From the IMG/VR virus record IMGVR_UViG_3300031991_000112: a stretch of 64,000 bases of DNA. One strand, given 5' to 3'. The stretch is from a virus. Shown here one piece after another: positions 16,689-26,710 of this stretch. Both the position numbers and the translations under genes were made by a program. The notes beneath the pieces were generated by a model, which made no database searches, was not told where the DNA came from, and saw only the letters and a list, made by a program, of their open reading frames with translations. Numbering within the stretch: position 1 is the stretch's first letter; the number at the start of each line of letters is the position of its first letter.

Positions 16689-17360
16689 ATGATTACAGAA
16701 CTCGGTGACAACCTGCACGTGCTTTTTGTTCCAAAGGTCGGAGAGGATTGGGAAATCTTTGCTTCATGGTATTCGGTAAACAAGAACTTACCTTATGCAT
16801 CCACATCATTGGTTTACACAATTGAGGAAGACACAATCGTCTTTCAGTTGTTCCAATGGGCGAAGCGACTTGAGATTCCAACTTGCGGACTCTCGGACCG
16901 AAAGGATAATTTACTGAATTCTATCGTTGCTCTCTATAAGACTTTGAAAGAAGTTAACAAGCCAATTTTGATTGTGCCATCCTTACACATGGTTCTTAAG
17001 CCGTTACCAACAGAAATTATTGATGTGCTTAACAACCGAGGAGAACTTATCTGGGATCAAACGGGTATTGGACTCTGTACGATGACGGCAAAAAATTTAG
17101 AAGATGCATGGAATGCTTATGCTTTAACGGGAACGATTCCAAACTTGCAGCAGTTGAGCGTAATAGTGGAAGCCAAAGAGACTGAAGAGTCTAAATCACT
17201 GGTCAGCTATAAGAAAGGGTGCGGCAAATGGATACATACGAAGAAGGGATGTCCGTTTGCAAGTGCAGGAGGCTTGGTTGATGAAGTGATGACAATCAAC
17301 GAACAGAAGATCGTTGATTTGTGGCGAAAGATGGTTCCACTTTACAGTTCAATTAGTTAG
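16689..17360 (+). CDS. Hypothetical protein
   Basis: 223-aa ORF with AGGAG RBS. Confidence 0.7.
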   Translation: MITELGDNLHVLFVPKVGEDWEIFASWYSVNKNLPYASTSLVYTIEEDTIVFQLFQWAKRLEIPTCGLSDRKDNLLNSIVALYKTLKEVNKPILIVPSLHMVLKPLPTEIIDVLNNRGELIWDQTGIGLCTMTAKNLEDAWNAYALTGTIPNLQQLSVIVEAKETEESKSLVSYKKGCGKWIHTKKGCPFASAGGLVDEVMTINEQKIVDLWRKMVPLYSSIS

Positions 17361-17373
17361 CGAGGAAAACATC

Positions 17374-17640
17374 GTGGAGAGATACTTTCATAACGAGCCT
17401 GACGATGATGATGAAAACGAGCACGAAGACATGGAGCAATTTGTAAGAGCTTCCAAGTCAGACATCATGGACGTAATGCAAATGGAGCTTGCCGAACAAG
17501 AACTCAATCAGAGACTTTTGGAGCAAGCACATACAATCGCAAAAGCAGAGTGGAAGTGGATGTTCCGTTCTACAACTTACAAAATGAAGAAAGTTCAAAG
17601 AATTTTCGACAGACTAAAACGAATTGTTTCAGAGGAATAA
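17374..17640 (+). CDS. Hypothetical protein
   Basis: GAGG RBS then GTG; acidic N-terminus. Confidence 0.6.
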   Translation: MERYFHNEPDDDDENEHEDMEQFVRASKSDIMDVMQMELAEQELNQRLLEQAHTIAKAEWKWMFRSTTYKMKKVQRIFDRLKRIVSEE

Positions 17641-17643
17641 GAA

Positions 17644-17979
17644 ATGCCTTTTTATGATTTCAAGTGTTCTAAATGCGAACACATTTGGGATGAAATGACG
17701 AGCCACGATCCGAGCGATAAATACGAAAAGATCGTTTGTCCAGAATGCGGCTCGAAAAAGAAAGAAAAACTGTTTCCAAGCAGTTTTTCTATTGGCGGTC
17801 CTACATCGTCTAAGATGGACAACTTTGGTTACCGAGCGGGTTTTAATTGGGAACGTGCTCAAGGTGAACGTCGTGCGGCAGAGGAAGCCGCAGGGGGTTC
17901 TTCGCCATATCGTGATACAAACGACTTCGCTCTAGGCGAAGGTATTCATGATCCAGAAACCAGACCGGGTATGAGTTAA
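17644..17979 (+). CDS. FmdB-family zinc-ribbon protein
   Basis: MPFYDFKCSKCEH...CPECGSKK pattern. Confidence 0.8.
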   Translation: MPFYDFKCSKCEHIWDEMTSHDPSDKYEKIVCPECGSKKKEKLFPSSFSIGGPTSSKMDNFGYRAGFNWERAQGERRAAEEAAGGSSPYRDTNDFALGEGIHDPETRPGMS

Positions 17980-18154
17980 TCTTTAACTTGTGGTTGTTCT
18001 TTTGGCTTCTTCTTTTTGTTGTCGATATCAAGTTCGTCAAACTTGGGCATTTTGCCTCGACGAACTGGTCCCGGCAAAGCTGGTCTAGCAAAGCCAGCTA
18101 CACATGAAGTGGAAGTCATAGCTTCCTTATAGAACCACTCTTTGAAACTCAACA

Positions 18155-18634
18155 TTACATCATCCCTCCACCCATCGGTGGTCCACCCATTCCGCCGCCA
18201 GCACCGCCTGCTTGCGAGAATGGCTTCAATAGAATGTCATCAAGTGTACGGTTTTTGTTTTTACCTCGACCACGAAGACGTAACTTTTTGTCTTTCAAAT
18301 CACCTTTATACTGAGTCCCATTTGGGTTTCTCATCTTTTGGCGATTTTGCATCGAGTACATGATATTACCCTTCAAGTCGCCGTCTTCGCTATCTTCGAG
18401 ATCAACGAAAACAGGGGCAGAGGTCTTTGGACCGCCATCTTGATCCAGCGGTTCAAAACTTGTAATAGGTTCTTTCAGATAATCCTTTGGTTCCAGTCCA
18501 TCAAATTCACTACCAAGCTCTCTAGTAGCATAACGAAAATCGTTGACTTTCTTGGAGCCGGGTGCGGACGGTCCCCCACCAGCGACAGGTGCCGCTTCCT
18601 CTTGTTGCATCATGAATTCACGAAAAGTAATCAT
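18155..18634 (-). CDS. Hypothetical protein, candidate virion internal protein
   Basis: TATATA 7 nt upstream of ATG 18634; MITFREFMMQQEE; Gly/Met/Pro-rich tail. Confidence 0.65.
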   Translation of the reverse strand: MITFREFMMQQEEAAPVAGGGPSAPGSKKVNDFRYATRELGSEFDGLEPKDYLKEPITSFEPLDQDGGPKTSAPVFVDLEDSEDGDLKGNIMYSMQNRQKMRNPNGTQYKGDLKDKKLRLRGRGKNKNRTLDDILLKPFSQAGGAGGGMGGPPMGGGMM

Positions 18635-18675
18635 ACAGAGATATATACACTTGGGACACAAGAATGGAGGCGTCT

Positions 18676-19116
18676 TTGACATCACTAGGTTTTTCTACCT
18701 TTAGAGACTTGATCGATCTATGGGACGAACAAGTTGAAAAATACCAGAAAGAGCGGCAAATCCGTAATTTGGTAGATGGTCAAGGTATGCTTTTATTCTT
18801 TAAGTGTAACGGAGACATTTTTGGTGCTGGTGAGGATGGTCGAGTTGTTTTTGCCAGAATCAAAAACCCCGACAAAGAAGACAAAGAGTGGGGAGAGGAA
18901 GCAAGTTTCTCCGCTCTCAATTTAACTAAAACTGTTGCTGGCGAACGCTCAAGTTCAATCTTCGGAAAGAAAGACTTGGATAAGATCAAAGTGATCGACA
19001 GCGAAGCGGCAGTTAAAGAACTATGCAAGAAGGACGTTGATCAAGAAATCGAAGTTCCTGACGGCGAAGACGGCGATCATACGCCAGACAACTTTATTCA
19101 GACAATGGAGCAATAA
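18676..19116 (+). CDS. Hypothetical protein
   Basis: GGAGG then TTG start; stop coupled to the next ATG. Confidence 0.65.
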   Translation: MTSLGFSTFRDLIDLWDEQVEKYQKERQIRNLVDGQGMLLFFKCNGDIFGAGEDGRVVFARIKNPDKEDKEWGEEASFSALNLTKTVAGERSSSIFGKKDLDKIKVIDSEAAVKELCKKDVDQEIEVPDGEDGDHTPDNFIQTMEQ

Positions 19117-19514
19117 TGGCTGATATAGACAATTCACTGGTATTACATGACCTGAGAAAAGAATCCATTGTTCGTGAACTGATTGAGAAGACGAAGAATG
19201 GCGGTATTACATGGGCTTCTCTTGGAAGCAACCAGTTCCAAGCATCCTTCGTAGCTACTGACCTTGTGACAGTTTGGACATTTTTCGTAAGCAAAACTCA
19301 AATCGGAAGTTTGAGTTACAAGTATAACCTTGACGTTAAGAGAAACTCTAACTCTTTCCTCACTTTGAGTGACGGACCTTTGGCTTCCTCTTCGAGAGAT
19401 AGTCAAACCAAGGATTTGTACGAAATTATCGAAATGTTGACCTTACAACTTGATCAACGTGCTGAAGAGGCTTTGCGTGCAATCCAAAACGTATTGAGTT
19501 GTGCAGAGGTTTAA
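19116..19514 (+). CDS. Hypothetical protein
   Basis: TAATG translational coupling with the upstream gene. Confidence 0.65.
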   Translation: MADIDNSLVLHDLRKESIVRELIEKTKNGGITWASLGSNQFQASFVATDLVTVWTFFVSKTQIGSLSYKYNLDVKRNSNSFLTLSDGPLASSSRDSQTKDLYEIIEMLTLQLDQRAEEALRAIQNVLSCAEV

Positions 19515-19519
19515 TCACC

Positions 19520-20200
19520 ATGACTTTCTGGACTGAAACAATGAATCCACCTGTCAGAACTTGGCAGTGCTTCGTGTGTGGCGGCAAGCTCGAAACATAC
19601 GGTGACTACGCCGAACATATCATTAAAGAACACGACGAAGGACGAGATTACGTTAAGTGTCCAGTAGACACTTGCGGGGCACCTGTAAGGGACTTAAAAA
19701 CCCACTTCAAAGTGAAGCACCCAAAACGTGACATGCCAAAAAACTGCCAATTAAAGGCAACAATCTGGCGTGATTTCTCGCCAAACGGCAACAAGAAGCC
19801 TAAAACAAGAAAACCAACCTTCAAAGAAGGTTGGTTTGAATCCCTCAAGAACAGCGGTGCAAAAATGTACTACCGTTCCGGGTACGAAGCTGATGTCTAT
19901 CAGTGTTTGGAAGATGACAATGATGTTAAGGCTTTCCAACCAGAACCATTCAAGGTTCCTTACTACTTCCAAAATGAATGGCACAACTATATCCCAGACA
20001 TCAAGATTACATACCAAGATGGTACAACTGAAATCTGGGAGATCAAGCCAGCGACACAAACTGGCTATGAAAAGAATAAAGCCAAGTGGAAAGCGATGAA
20101 TGAATACGCTGACAAACTTGGCTGGAATTTTACTGTTGTGACCGAGAAGGGTATCAGCACCCTTAAGAAAAAGGTTCGAGATCAAGGCAAAACGACATAA
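19520..20200 (+). CDS. Zinc-finger protein fused to a TnsA-N/T4 gp4 (head completion)-like nuclease domain
   Basis: CxxC...H..H and CxxxxC...H..H fingers; YRSGYE...EPFKVPY...YIPD...WEIKP. Confidence 0.65.
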   Translation: MTFWTETMNPPVRTWQCFVCGGKLETYGDYAEHIIKEHDEGRDYVKCPVDTCGAPVRDLKTHFKVKHPKRDMPKNCQLKATIWRDFSPNGNKKPKTRKPTFKEGWFESLKNSGAKMYYRSGYEADVYQCLEDDNDVKAFQPEPFKVPYYFQNEWHNYIPDIKITYQDGTTEIWEIKPATQTGYEKNKAKWKAMNEYADKLGWNFTVVTEKGISTLKKKVRDQGKTT

Positions 20201-20529
20201 ATGCCGCTGATGTCTACATGAACCATTTCACCAGTAAATAGGTTGATACCCGCACCGTAGTTGATACGTTGGGTAACGAGTGTACCTTCATCATCGTGGA
20301 TAATGCAGAATCCATCGATGTGACAATCTTCTGGCATTGTCCATGTGATAATGCCTAGATCATCATAAGTCACATGATCGTGATCATCAAAGGCGTCGTC
20401 GCTCCAATAGACCTCAGACCATTGATGATATTTTCCAAGACCACCGCCAACGTCTTCGTAAAGGACAAACTTACATTTGTTCTTTAGTTTTCTGACTAAC
20501 CGGCGTTGAATCCAAAAATTGTATGGCAT
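20182..20529 (-). CDS. Hypothetical protein
   Basis: AGGA RBS before MPYNF. Confidence 0.55.
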   Translation of the reverse strand: MPYNFWIQRRLVRKLKNKCKFVLYEDVGGGLGKYHQWSEVYWSDDAFDDHDHVTYDDLGIITWTMPEDCHIDGFCIIHDDEGTLVTQRINYGAGINLFTGEMVHVDISGIYVVLP

Positions 20530-20590
20530 TAAAAATTCCTTGAGAACGTTGACCGATGGGGCACCCCTATATCCGCAACCGCCCCACCGG

Positions 20591-20842
20591 TCAACTTTCA
20601 ACAACTTCCACAGGAATCCACCAACACTGATAGCCTCGCAGAGTACGTCCGTCTGGCATTTCAATTGTAGGTGAATTCTCGAAAAGTTCCTCTACAGTTT
20701 GTGTTTCGAAATCTTCATCAGCAGGGTGGAAATCATATACTAACTTCCCCTCGCCAATATAACGAGTTTCTCCGTCTTGCAAACACTCAAGAACACGAAC
20801 CTGAGTGCCAGCGATCCAACGTCGGTCTGTCCATGAAGTCAT
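20591..20842 (-). CDS. Hypothetical protein
   Basis: 83-aa ORF in the minus-strand operon. Confidence 0.6.
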   Translation of the reverse strand: MTSWTDRRWIAGTQVRVLECLQDGETRYIGEGKLVYDFHPADEDFETQTVEELFENSPTIEMPDGRTLRGYQCWWIPVEVVES

Positions 20843-20847
20843 GTCGA

Positions 20848-21297
20848 TTACCCTCTACCTTGCTCTTTTCGATAAGAATCGGAGTCAAAATGTTGCGTGG
20901 AAATCTCAATGATTTCCACGTCTGACAAGGCAGTCATCTGGTGAAGGATTCCCGGCGTTACGTGCCAAGCATCACCAGCTTCTAAGACAAAGATATCCTC
21001 TTCGCCTTCCTTGTGTATCGATGGATCATGAATACGGAACTGACATTTGCCTGCACGAATATATAACACTTCGTCCTTAAGCTTATGTTCGTGGAAGCTA
21101 CATTGATGCCCTCTTCTGATGAAGAGAATCTTTCCGCAATACTTCTCCGTGTTCGTGATCCAAACCTCATACCCCCATCTTTTGGGCACAAAGTTCATGT
21201 CTTCAGGTTTAATCCACCCCTTGGCGGCAACCTTCTCTTTGTTTTCTTTACGTAGTTTTTCTAGGTCGATTTCGACCCACTCTTGGGTTTCGGACAT
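20848..21297 (-). CDS. Cupin-fold protein (mannose-6-phosphate/D-lyxose isomerase-like)
   Basis: PKRWGYEVW, SFHEHKLKDE, PGILHQM, EISTQH cupin motifs. Confidence 0.75.
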   Translation of the reverse strand: MSETQEWVEIDLEKLRKENKEKVAAKGWIKPEDMNFVPKRWGYEVWITNTEKYCGKILFIRRGHQCSFHEHKLKDEVLYIRAGKCQFRIHDPSIHKEGEEDIFVLEAGDAWHVTPGILHQMTALSDVEIIEISTQHFDSDSYRKEQGRG

Positions 21298-21307
21298 GTG
21301 ACTCCTT

Positions 21308-21892
21308 TTAGGCAGTCACAAGCTTCCCTTCATTCCAAATATCGCCGTTCTCTTCAATCTTAGTTTCTTCGTAAGGTGTTGTCTTACGTCGATAACACTC
21401 GGAGATTACGTCGTTCAGAACGCCTCGAACCGTGACCGCTCGTCGTAGATGCTGTGCATCCGGGGAACCAGATGCGTTGAACTTAGTGGAGTTAAGCGTG
21501 GACAAAAATTGTTCCAGCATCCCACGAGTTACGCATCGGAACCCATAACCAGCTTGGTCTGCCTCGGTATGATCTCCGCAAATTCCCCACCAAACCGAAC
21601 TGATAACGTAGTTTAAGTTGCCTGCGGTCATGATTGGCTGATCTTGCCCAATTGCCGATGCAATTTTTGTAGCCAAATCTTCAAGTTGCTTTTTGTGACC
21701 AGAATTAAATCCAGTTGAGTTGAACAAATTCGTCATTGGCTGAGCGTTCATGTAATGCTCGCAAAGACGGGCAACCCAATATCCGAAATACTCAGCACGT
21801 ACCATCGGAGGCATACTATTGCGAACGATAGTCAACACAGTCGTTTCAATCAACTCGCTGTATTGTCGATCTTGTGGTTTGATGTAGGGCAT
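21308..21892 (-). CDS. Phage-type hypothetical protein
   Basis: MPYIK..DR and AGNLNYVIS pattern typical of a widespread phage family. Confidence 0.65.
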   Translation of the reverse strand: MPYIKPQDRQYSELIETTVLTIVRNSMPPMVRAEYFGYWVARLCEHYMNAQPMTNLFNSTGFNSGHKKQLEDLATKIASAIGQDQPIMTAGNLNYVISSVWWGICGDHTEADQAGYGFRCVTRGMLEQFLSTLNSTKFNASGSPDAQHLRRAVTVRGVLNDVISECYRRKTTPYEETKIEENGDIWNEGKLVTA

Positions 21893-22176
21893 TACGCTTC
21901 CTCTGCATATTTGTTGAATAGGGCGGTTTGATCCAACATCACATTAGTGATCTTGGTCATAAATGTTTTGAATCGGTCGAAGTCTTGCTCAAACTCATCT
22001 TTCGTCAACTTGTCACCCACAGCGACAATGGTTTGTTCTGCAAGAATTCTTTTGGTATCAAGGCGAGCCTTGGCGGGGTCTTTGATACCATCTTCCAACA
22101 CGTCGTTCAAAGAGTCCATGACTCTATCGAAGGCATCACGCATCGACTCTTTGTCTTTCACAACATATTCAATCAT
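21892..22176 (-). CDS. Hypothetical protein
   Basis: Translationally coupled on both sides. Confidence 0.6.
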   Translation of the reverse strand: MIEYVVKDKESMRDAFDRVMDSLNDVLEDGIKDPAKARLDTKRILAEQTIVAVGDKLTKDEFEQDFDRFKTFMTKITNVMLDQTALFNKYAEEA

Positions 22177-22819
22177 TGCTCATTTCCTTGATTTTGATTT
22201 TGATGAACGGAAGGATTTGAGAATCGGCGAGTTGGTATAAATCATCCATCTCTTTATCGTTCCGAACGAAGTAGGAGAACAACGGCATGTGTTCTGGTTT
22301 GCCGTCGCCTGTGATTTTGTTGGGGTTGCCACTCATCGGTAAATGATCGAGGCACCATACCGCATACGGGCGAATTTGAGCCTCTGAACCATTAGGGTCG
22401 TCATTGACTCGATCTGGATGTGCAATCAATAAATTGAAGCCGCCCTCTTTTACAATTCTTGCAGCCTCGTTGATGTATCGCACATCGCTAACGATCTTGT
22501 TTTCTCCGCTACGAAACATCAAGTCAATCCAGATCGATGCTTTGATTTTGCGGAAGCCATCACCAATAAACTGAAGGGCTTCACGTACTGTCATATCGAA
22601 ACCGGGCGGCGGTGTGGGTTGAACCTTCCACTCTTCAATGAAGTCGTAACTTACATCAAAGGTCTCGGCAAACACCTTCTTCACGTTTTTCGCAAAGGCG
22701 GCTCGCTCGAAATCAATCTGGAACGCTTCATCTTTCTGAAGCTGTGCAAAAATATAATCGGCTAGAGTATCTTTGCCGTTTTGTTTCTGACCAGCAATTC
22801 CGATATAAACAGGTTTCAT
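22169..22819 (-). CDS. Deoxynucleoside monophosphate kinase (T4 gp1-like)
   Basis: IGIAGQKQNGKDT P-loop; REALQFIGDGFR; VSDVRYINEA. Confidence 0.8.
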   Translation of the reverse strand: MKPVYIGIAGQKQNGKDTLADYIFAQLQKDEAFQIDFERAAFAKNVKKVFAETFDVSYDFIEEWKVQPTPPPGFDMTVREALQFIGDGFRKIKASIWIDLMFRSGENKIVSDVRYINEAARIVKEGGFNLLIAHPDRVNDDPNGSEAQIRPYAVWCLDHLPMSGNPNKITGDGKPEHMPLFSYFVRNDKEMDDLYQLADSQILPFIKIKIKEMSND

Positions 22820-22839
22820 GACTACGCCCTTCTTATAGG

Positions 22840-23148
22840 TTAAGACAACTTTTCAACTTTCGACTGCAAAACTGATTCTTGCAGAAAACCCATAGCTGTG
22901 TCAACTACCTGTCCGTTCTTAAAGAACTTTAAGCAGGGAATTGCTGAAATTTGGTGCTGACTCGCCAAATCTTGAGATTCGTCGATATTGCATTTGACGA
23001 AAGTTACACTTGGATTTGCCTTCGAAACCTTCTCGAACAAAGGTGCCAAAGCTCGGCAGGGACCACACCAAGGTGCCCAAAAGTCCACAACAACCGAACC
23101 TTGTGCTGTAAGTGCCTCAAGTTCTGTAACTGTTTTGATTTCTTGCAT
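22840..23148 (-). CDS. trxA: Thioredoxin
   Basis: VDFWAPWCGPC active site. Confidence 0.93.
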   Translation of the reverse strand: MQEIKTVTELEALTAQGSVVVDFWAPWCGPCRALAPLFEKVSKANPSVTFVKCNIDESQDLASQHQISAIPCLKFFKNGQVVDTAMGFLQESVLQSKVEKLS

Positions 23149-23217
23149 TTTTCACTCCTCAAACGTTAATAGTGTAGGGTTCGCTATTATAGTAACAGTC
23201 ACAGGAGGACACAACCC

Positions 23218-23538
23218 ATGTTCGGAATTTTCAAACACAAAAAACCCGTCGAGCCAATTTGCGGCAACTGCCGCCTCTTCAATCCAAAAGACAAACGCTG
23301 TAGTGTTGTAATCTTACACGAAGGTGAAAAGATCAACATTCCTGTCGATCCAGAGGATTCCTGTTTCTTCGAAGAACAATACTTTGACCCCATCACCGGC
23401 AAAGTCGAAGATTTCAATGACATCAAAGAAGTCAAAATTTGGACAGAAGATGATAAGGGTCGGCGGTCGAACAAAGGCACCGTTAAAGTCGAAGTTCCAG
23501 AGGAACTCGAAATTGGCGGCATTGACAGCTTCATCTAA
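23218..23538 (+). CDS. Hypothetical Cys-containing protein
   Basis: AGGAGG RBS; CGNC...C...C. Confidence 0.65.
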   Translation: MFGIFKHKKPVEPICGNCRLFNPKDKRCSVVILHEGEKINIPVDPEDSCFFEEQYFDPITGKVEDFNDIKEVKIWTEDDKGRRSNKGTVKVEVPEELEIGGIDSFI

Positions 23539-25571
23539 AGCATCTTACGCAAATTGGCGAGTTTAGCATCCTGCTTGAGTTTCTGAATTGCTTTAACGTC
23601 TTTTAGCTTCAAGGTTGCCGAGAGAGCGTCTACACTCATGTTGGCTACATCATCTACAGTGAGACCAGCAGCATGTAGTCGCTCTGCTCGGACTTTGCCC
23701 ACACCGGGCAAAGAAACAAGCTCAAGCAACTCAGGCTTAACTCCGTACAGAATACGTTGACGCAGTGTGTTGAAGAAGTCTTTCTTCTTCCACTTCGAAC
23801 TCATGTCGTCGATAGCGTTGACAACTTCCATCGTGCGGTCGAGATCAAGACGAATACCAGACTGTAATGCAGCAAGAGATTTGGCGTTCTCGCCATTCAT
23901 CATCTTGTAGTAAGCACAACCAGCCTTGATGCAGCCATCAGAGAACTTGCCGCTGCCATAGATGCCTTGCACCTTGCGTTGGAAACTCTCAATCTCCATC
24001 TTTTCTGCCTTGTTGACAATACTGAAACGGTGACTATCTACATTCCCAAGAGCCATCGCAACAGCAAGGTCGTTTTTCTCTTGACCCTTCTCAAAAACAC
24101 CGTGCAAATTACGGCGTAGGTCTGAAACGTCAAAGGGAGAGAAGTAGAACATCGAGGCAATGTTGCCAACCGGTGTGGTCTTATACTTCCCATCTTCGAT
24201 GGTGATACACTTGGTATTTTCCAAAAGCTTGATTACCTTGTCGATGACATGATCGTCAAACCTTTGGTCTTGGAAGTGTGCCAGTGAGTCAGAAAACCAC
24301 TCGTAGAAACCTTCTTTGGTTTGAATGTTGTTGTGATGGATTTCACTTACGATATGGAATGCTAACGTCTTGTGGTGCCCACCAACGTCTTCCAACAACT
24401 GTGATTTAATCGGCGTTGCTTTCTGCAACCGGATCATCCACTCATTGCTTCTGCTGTCTGGAATGAGGATATGAGCATCACCACGAGGGTCATACTTCGG
24501 GCGACCAGCACGTCCAATCATCTGACGGATGTCATAGTTTTCCACATTGCTGAGACCTCGATGCACGCCGGTAACGATCACACGGCGAGCGGGAAGGTTA
24601 AGACCCCAAGCAAGCGTGCTGGTTGCGACAATAACACGGGTTTTCGGGTCATTCTTGAATGCTTCTTCAAGTTTGCCACGCTTTTCGGCAGTTAGATCGG
24701 CATTATGGAACTCAGCCTCAATGCCGAGGTTTTCCAAAGTTTCAACCATCAACTTGCCAGTGTTTTTGGTATGCACAAAGACAAGAAACTTATCATCAGA
24801 ATAGTGGTTGACAATACCAGCCGCCATTCCAACTTTTGCTTTTTCCTTCTCCTCGTAATTTCCATAATCTGGATAGGTTTCGTAATGGATTTTCAAAGGA
24901 CAAGGACGATAATCTGATTCGATCAAAACTGTGTCCCGACCAGTAATACTGCTTAACCAGTCGCAGATTTCGTCTACGTTGGGCATTGTTGCGGAGAGCA
25001 ACACAATGCGAACATTGGGGTTGATGGAAACCATCTTCATCAAAGCAACCTCAATATGGTCGCCACGAGATGGTACAGTAAGAAGGTGAGACTCATCGAA
25101 AACGATGGTCCCGACTTCTTTGAGGAAGCTTGACTTTTCAGACTTCTGGTTGCGACATCGTGAAGCCAACATTTCTGGCGTCATAACAATCACATCCGAC
25201 TTGTCGAGTTCCTTAATACGAGAATTTGTAAGTCGGAAGTCGCCGGTGCAGATGGAGATATTCAGATCATTGAAGTGATGATTTTTATCAGTCCAATCAT
25301 CTTGTTTCTCTTTGGCGAGAGCTTTGAGAGGTCCGACGTAGAGTGCTTTGCCCTTCCGTCTGCGAATTTCATCAGACATGTACATCTCGCCCATTACAGT
25401 CTTGCCAGCCGAAGTTGCGGCGGCGATTGCAATGTTTGTATCGTCGGATACATGATCGATGATGGCGGATTGAACGGGGTTAAAGAACTCAAATGGCCAA
25501 GATGCGTATTTGAATTCCTTAGTAGGAACCAAAGCATCATCTTCCTTGTCGTGGATGCGGATAACCGACAT
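23535..25571 (-). CDS. Ski2/Hel308-like SF2 helicase with C-terminal HhH
   Basis: AATSAGKT, DESH, LSAT, VATSTLAWGLNLPA, QMIGRAGRP, LPGVGKVRAERL; start set at MSVIR. Confidence 0.88.
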   Translation of the reverse strand: MSVIRIHDKEDDALVPTKEFKYASWPFEFFNPVQSAIIDHVSDDTNIAIAAATSAGKTVMGEMYMSDEIRRRKGKALYVGPLKALAKEKQDDWTDKNHHFNDLNISICTGDFRLTNSRIKELDKSDVIVMTPEMLASRCRNQKSEKSSFLKEVGTIVFDESHLLTVPSRGDHIEVALMKMVSINPNVRIVLLSATMPNVDEICDWLSSITGRDTVLIESDYRPCPLKIHYETYPDYGNYEEKEKAKVGMAAGIVNHYSDDKFLVFVHTKNTGKLMVETLENLGIEAEFHNADLTAEKRGKLEEAFKNDPKTRVIVATSTLAWGLNLPARRVIVTGVHRGLSNVENYDIRQMIGRAGRPKYDPRGDAHILIPDSRSNEWMIRLQKATPIKSQLLEDVGGHHKTLAFHIVSEIHHNNIQTKEGFYEWFSDSLAHFQDQRFDDHVIDKVIKLLENTKCITIEDGKYKTTPVGNIASMFYFSPFDVSDLRRNLHGVFEKGQEKNDLAVAMALGNVDSHRFSIVNKAEKMEIESFQRKVQGIYGSGKFSDGCIKAGCAYYKMMNGENAKSLAALQSGIRLDLDRTMEVVNAIDDMSSKWKKKDFFNTLRQRILYGVKPELLELVSLPGVGKVRAERLHAAGLTVDDVANMSVDALSATLKLKDVKAIQKLKQDAKLANLRKML

Positions 25572-25652
25572 GTCATTTTCCTTGACTATGAAACAAAATG
25601 AGTGCAGGTCGGTGCTATTATGAAACGACCTGCACTCATCCAAAATGCACAC

Positions 25653-25985
25653 TTAAGACCGACGCTGATAAGGTTTACGATCAGACTTCTTCTCGTCTTT
25701 GTCCTTATCTTTGCGGTCGCTGCCCCAAAGATTAACCTTTCGTTTTTTCGCTTCTTTCAGAAGCATGTCACTGATTACATCGCAGAGTTGGTAAAGTTCG
25801 TCTGCTGTTCGTGCCGATCCGAGGATATTGTCTATTTGAGGCTTTTGAGCAAGATTGTCCAAAGCATCGCCTAGATCGCCTGAAAACCTCTCGGTTAGGC
25901 GAGTATCTAGAAAACGCAGTTCAGCATCAGAAAGTGACCCACAATACTCTACTAGGATAGTCTTGTGATCCTTTTGGATCTTCAT
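25653..25985 (-). CDS. Hypothetical protein
   Basis: 110-aa ORF with charged tail. Confidence 0.6.
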   Translation of the reverse strand: MKIQKDHKTILVEYCGSLSDAELRFLDTRLTERFSGDLGDALDNLAQKPQIDNILGSARTADELYQLCDVISDMLLKEAKKRKVNLWGSDRKDKDKDEKKSDRKPYQRRS

Positions 25986-25998
25986 TGGAATTCCTCAC

Positions 25999-26337
25999 AT
26001 GAGTAGCAATCTGATCATACCCGAAAAGCTGGAACAGCTTTTCTTACAAAATTGGGCTGAGTTCGTTGATAAAACCGCCTTGATACGGAGAGTCCTCGCA
26101 GATGCAAGGGACGCCGATCTCCAAGTAGTGAACGGTGATCCCCCAACATCTCAGTTGAAGCTTACTATAACAAGGTTTCATTTGGTTGACAACACCAAAT
26201 TTGAAGTTTGGATCGAATTTGCAATACCGAAAGATGGCGGAATGATCGTTGGATCACACGTCTATCTTACGGAATGCAGCGGCGATTTTCAACTCCAAGA
26301 TACTTACGGCGTCATCTTTCAAACGCAAAGTTCTTAA
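25999..26337 (+). CDS. Hypothetical protein
   Basis: 112-aa ORF, convergent 4-nt overlap. Confidence 0.6.
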   Translation: MSSNLIIPEKLEQLFLQNWAEFVDKTALIRRVLADARDADLQVVNGDPPTSQLKLTITRFHLVDNTKFEVWIEFAIPKDGGMIVGSHVYLTECSGDFQLQDTYGVIFQTQSS

Positions 26338-26639
26338 ACAACCTCTAGGCTTCTTACAGTTCGACCCTCAGAATCAACTGAGTTATCGAAGCAAACAATC
26401 ATGTTTTCCTTATCGGTGTACTGAAGGCTCAGATTGTAAGTATCGAGCATAGCGGATTTTCCTTCTCTGGATGACTTGACATAGCAATAGTCATTTGTAA
26501 TTTCCGTGCCATTCTTGCCTTCTTGCGTAATTCCGATTTCGAGTGTTACGCCGTCTGGCAGAAGCAGGCTGATTTCGCCTTGGTCAAGAAGGTGGGCAAT
26601 TAGAAGAGCTTGAATCTTCTGTGCGTATGATTTCTTCAT
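26334..26639 (-). CDS. Hypothetical protein
   Basis: 101-aa ORF; TAGATA motif upstream. Confidence 0.6.
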   Translation of the reverse strand: MKKSYAQKIQALLIAHLLDQGEISLLLPDGVTLEIGITQEGKNGTEITNDYCYVKSSREGKSAMLDTYNLSLQYTDKENMIVCFDNSVDSEGRTVRSLEVV

Positions 26640-26710
26640 CTCAGTACACCCCTCTTATGTGGATAAGTGTTGTATCTGGGAACACTTTGTTCCCGTACAA
26701 TATCTATCCA

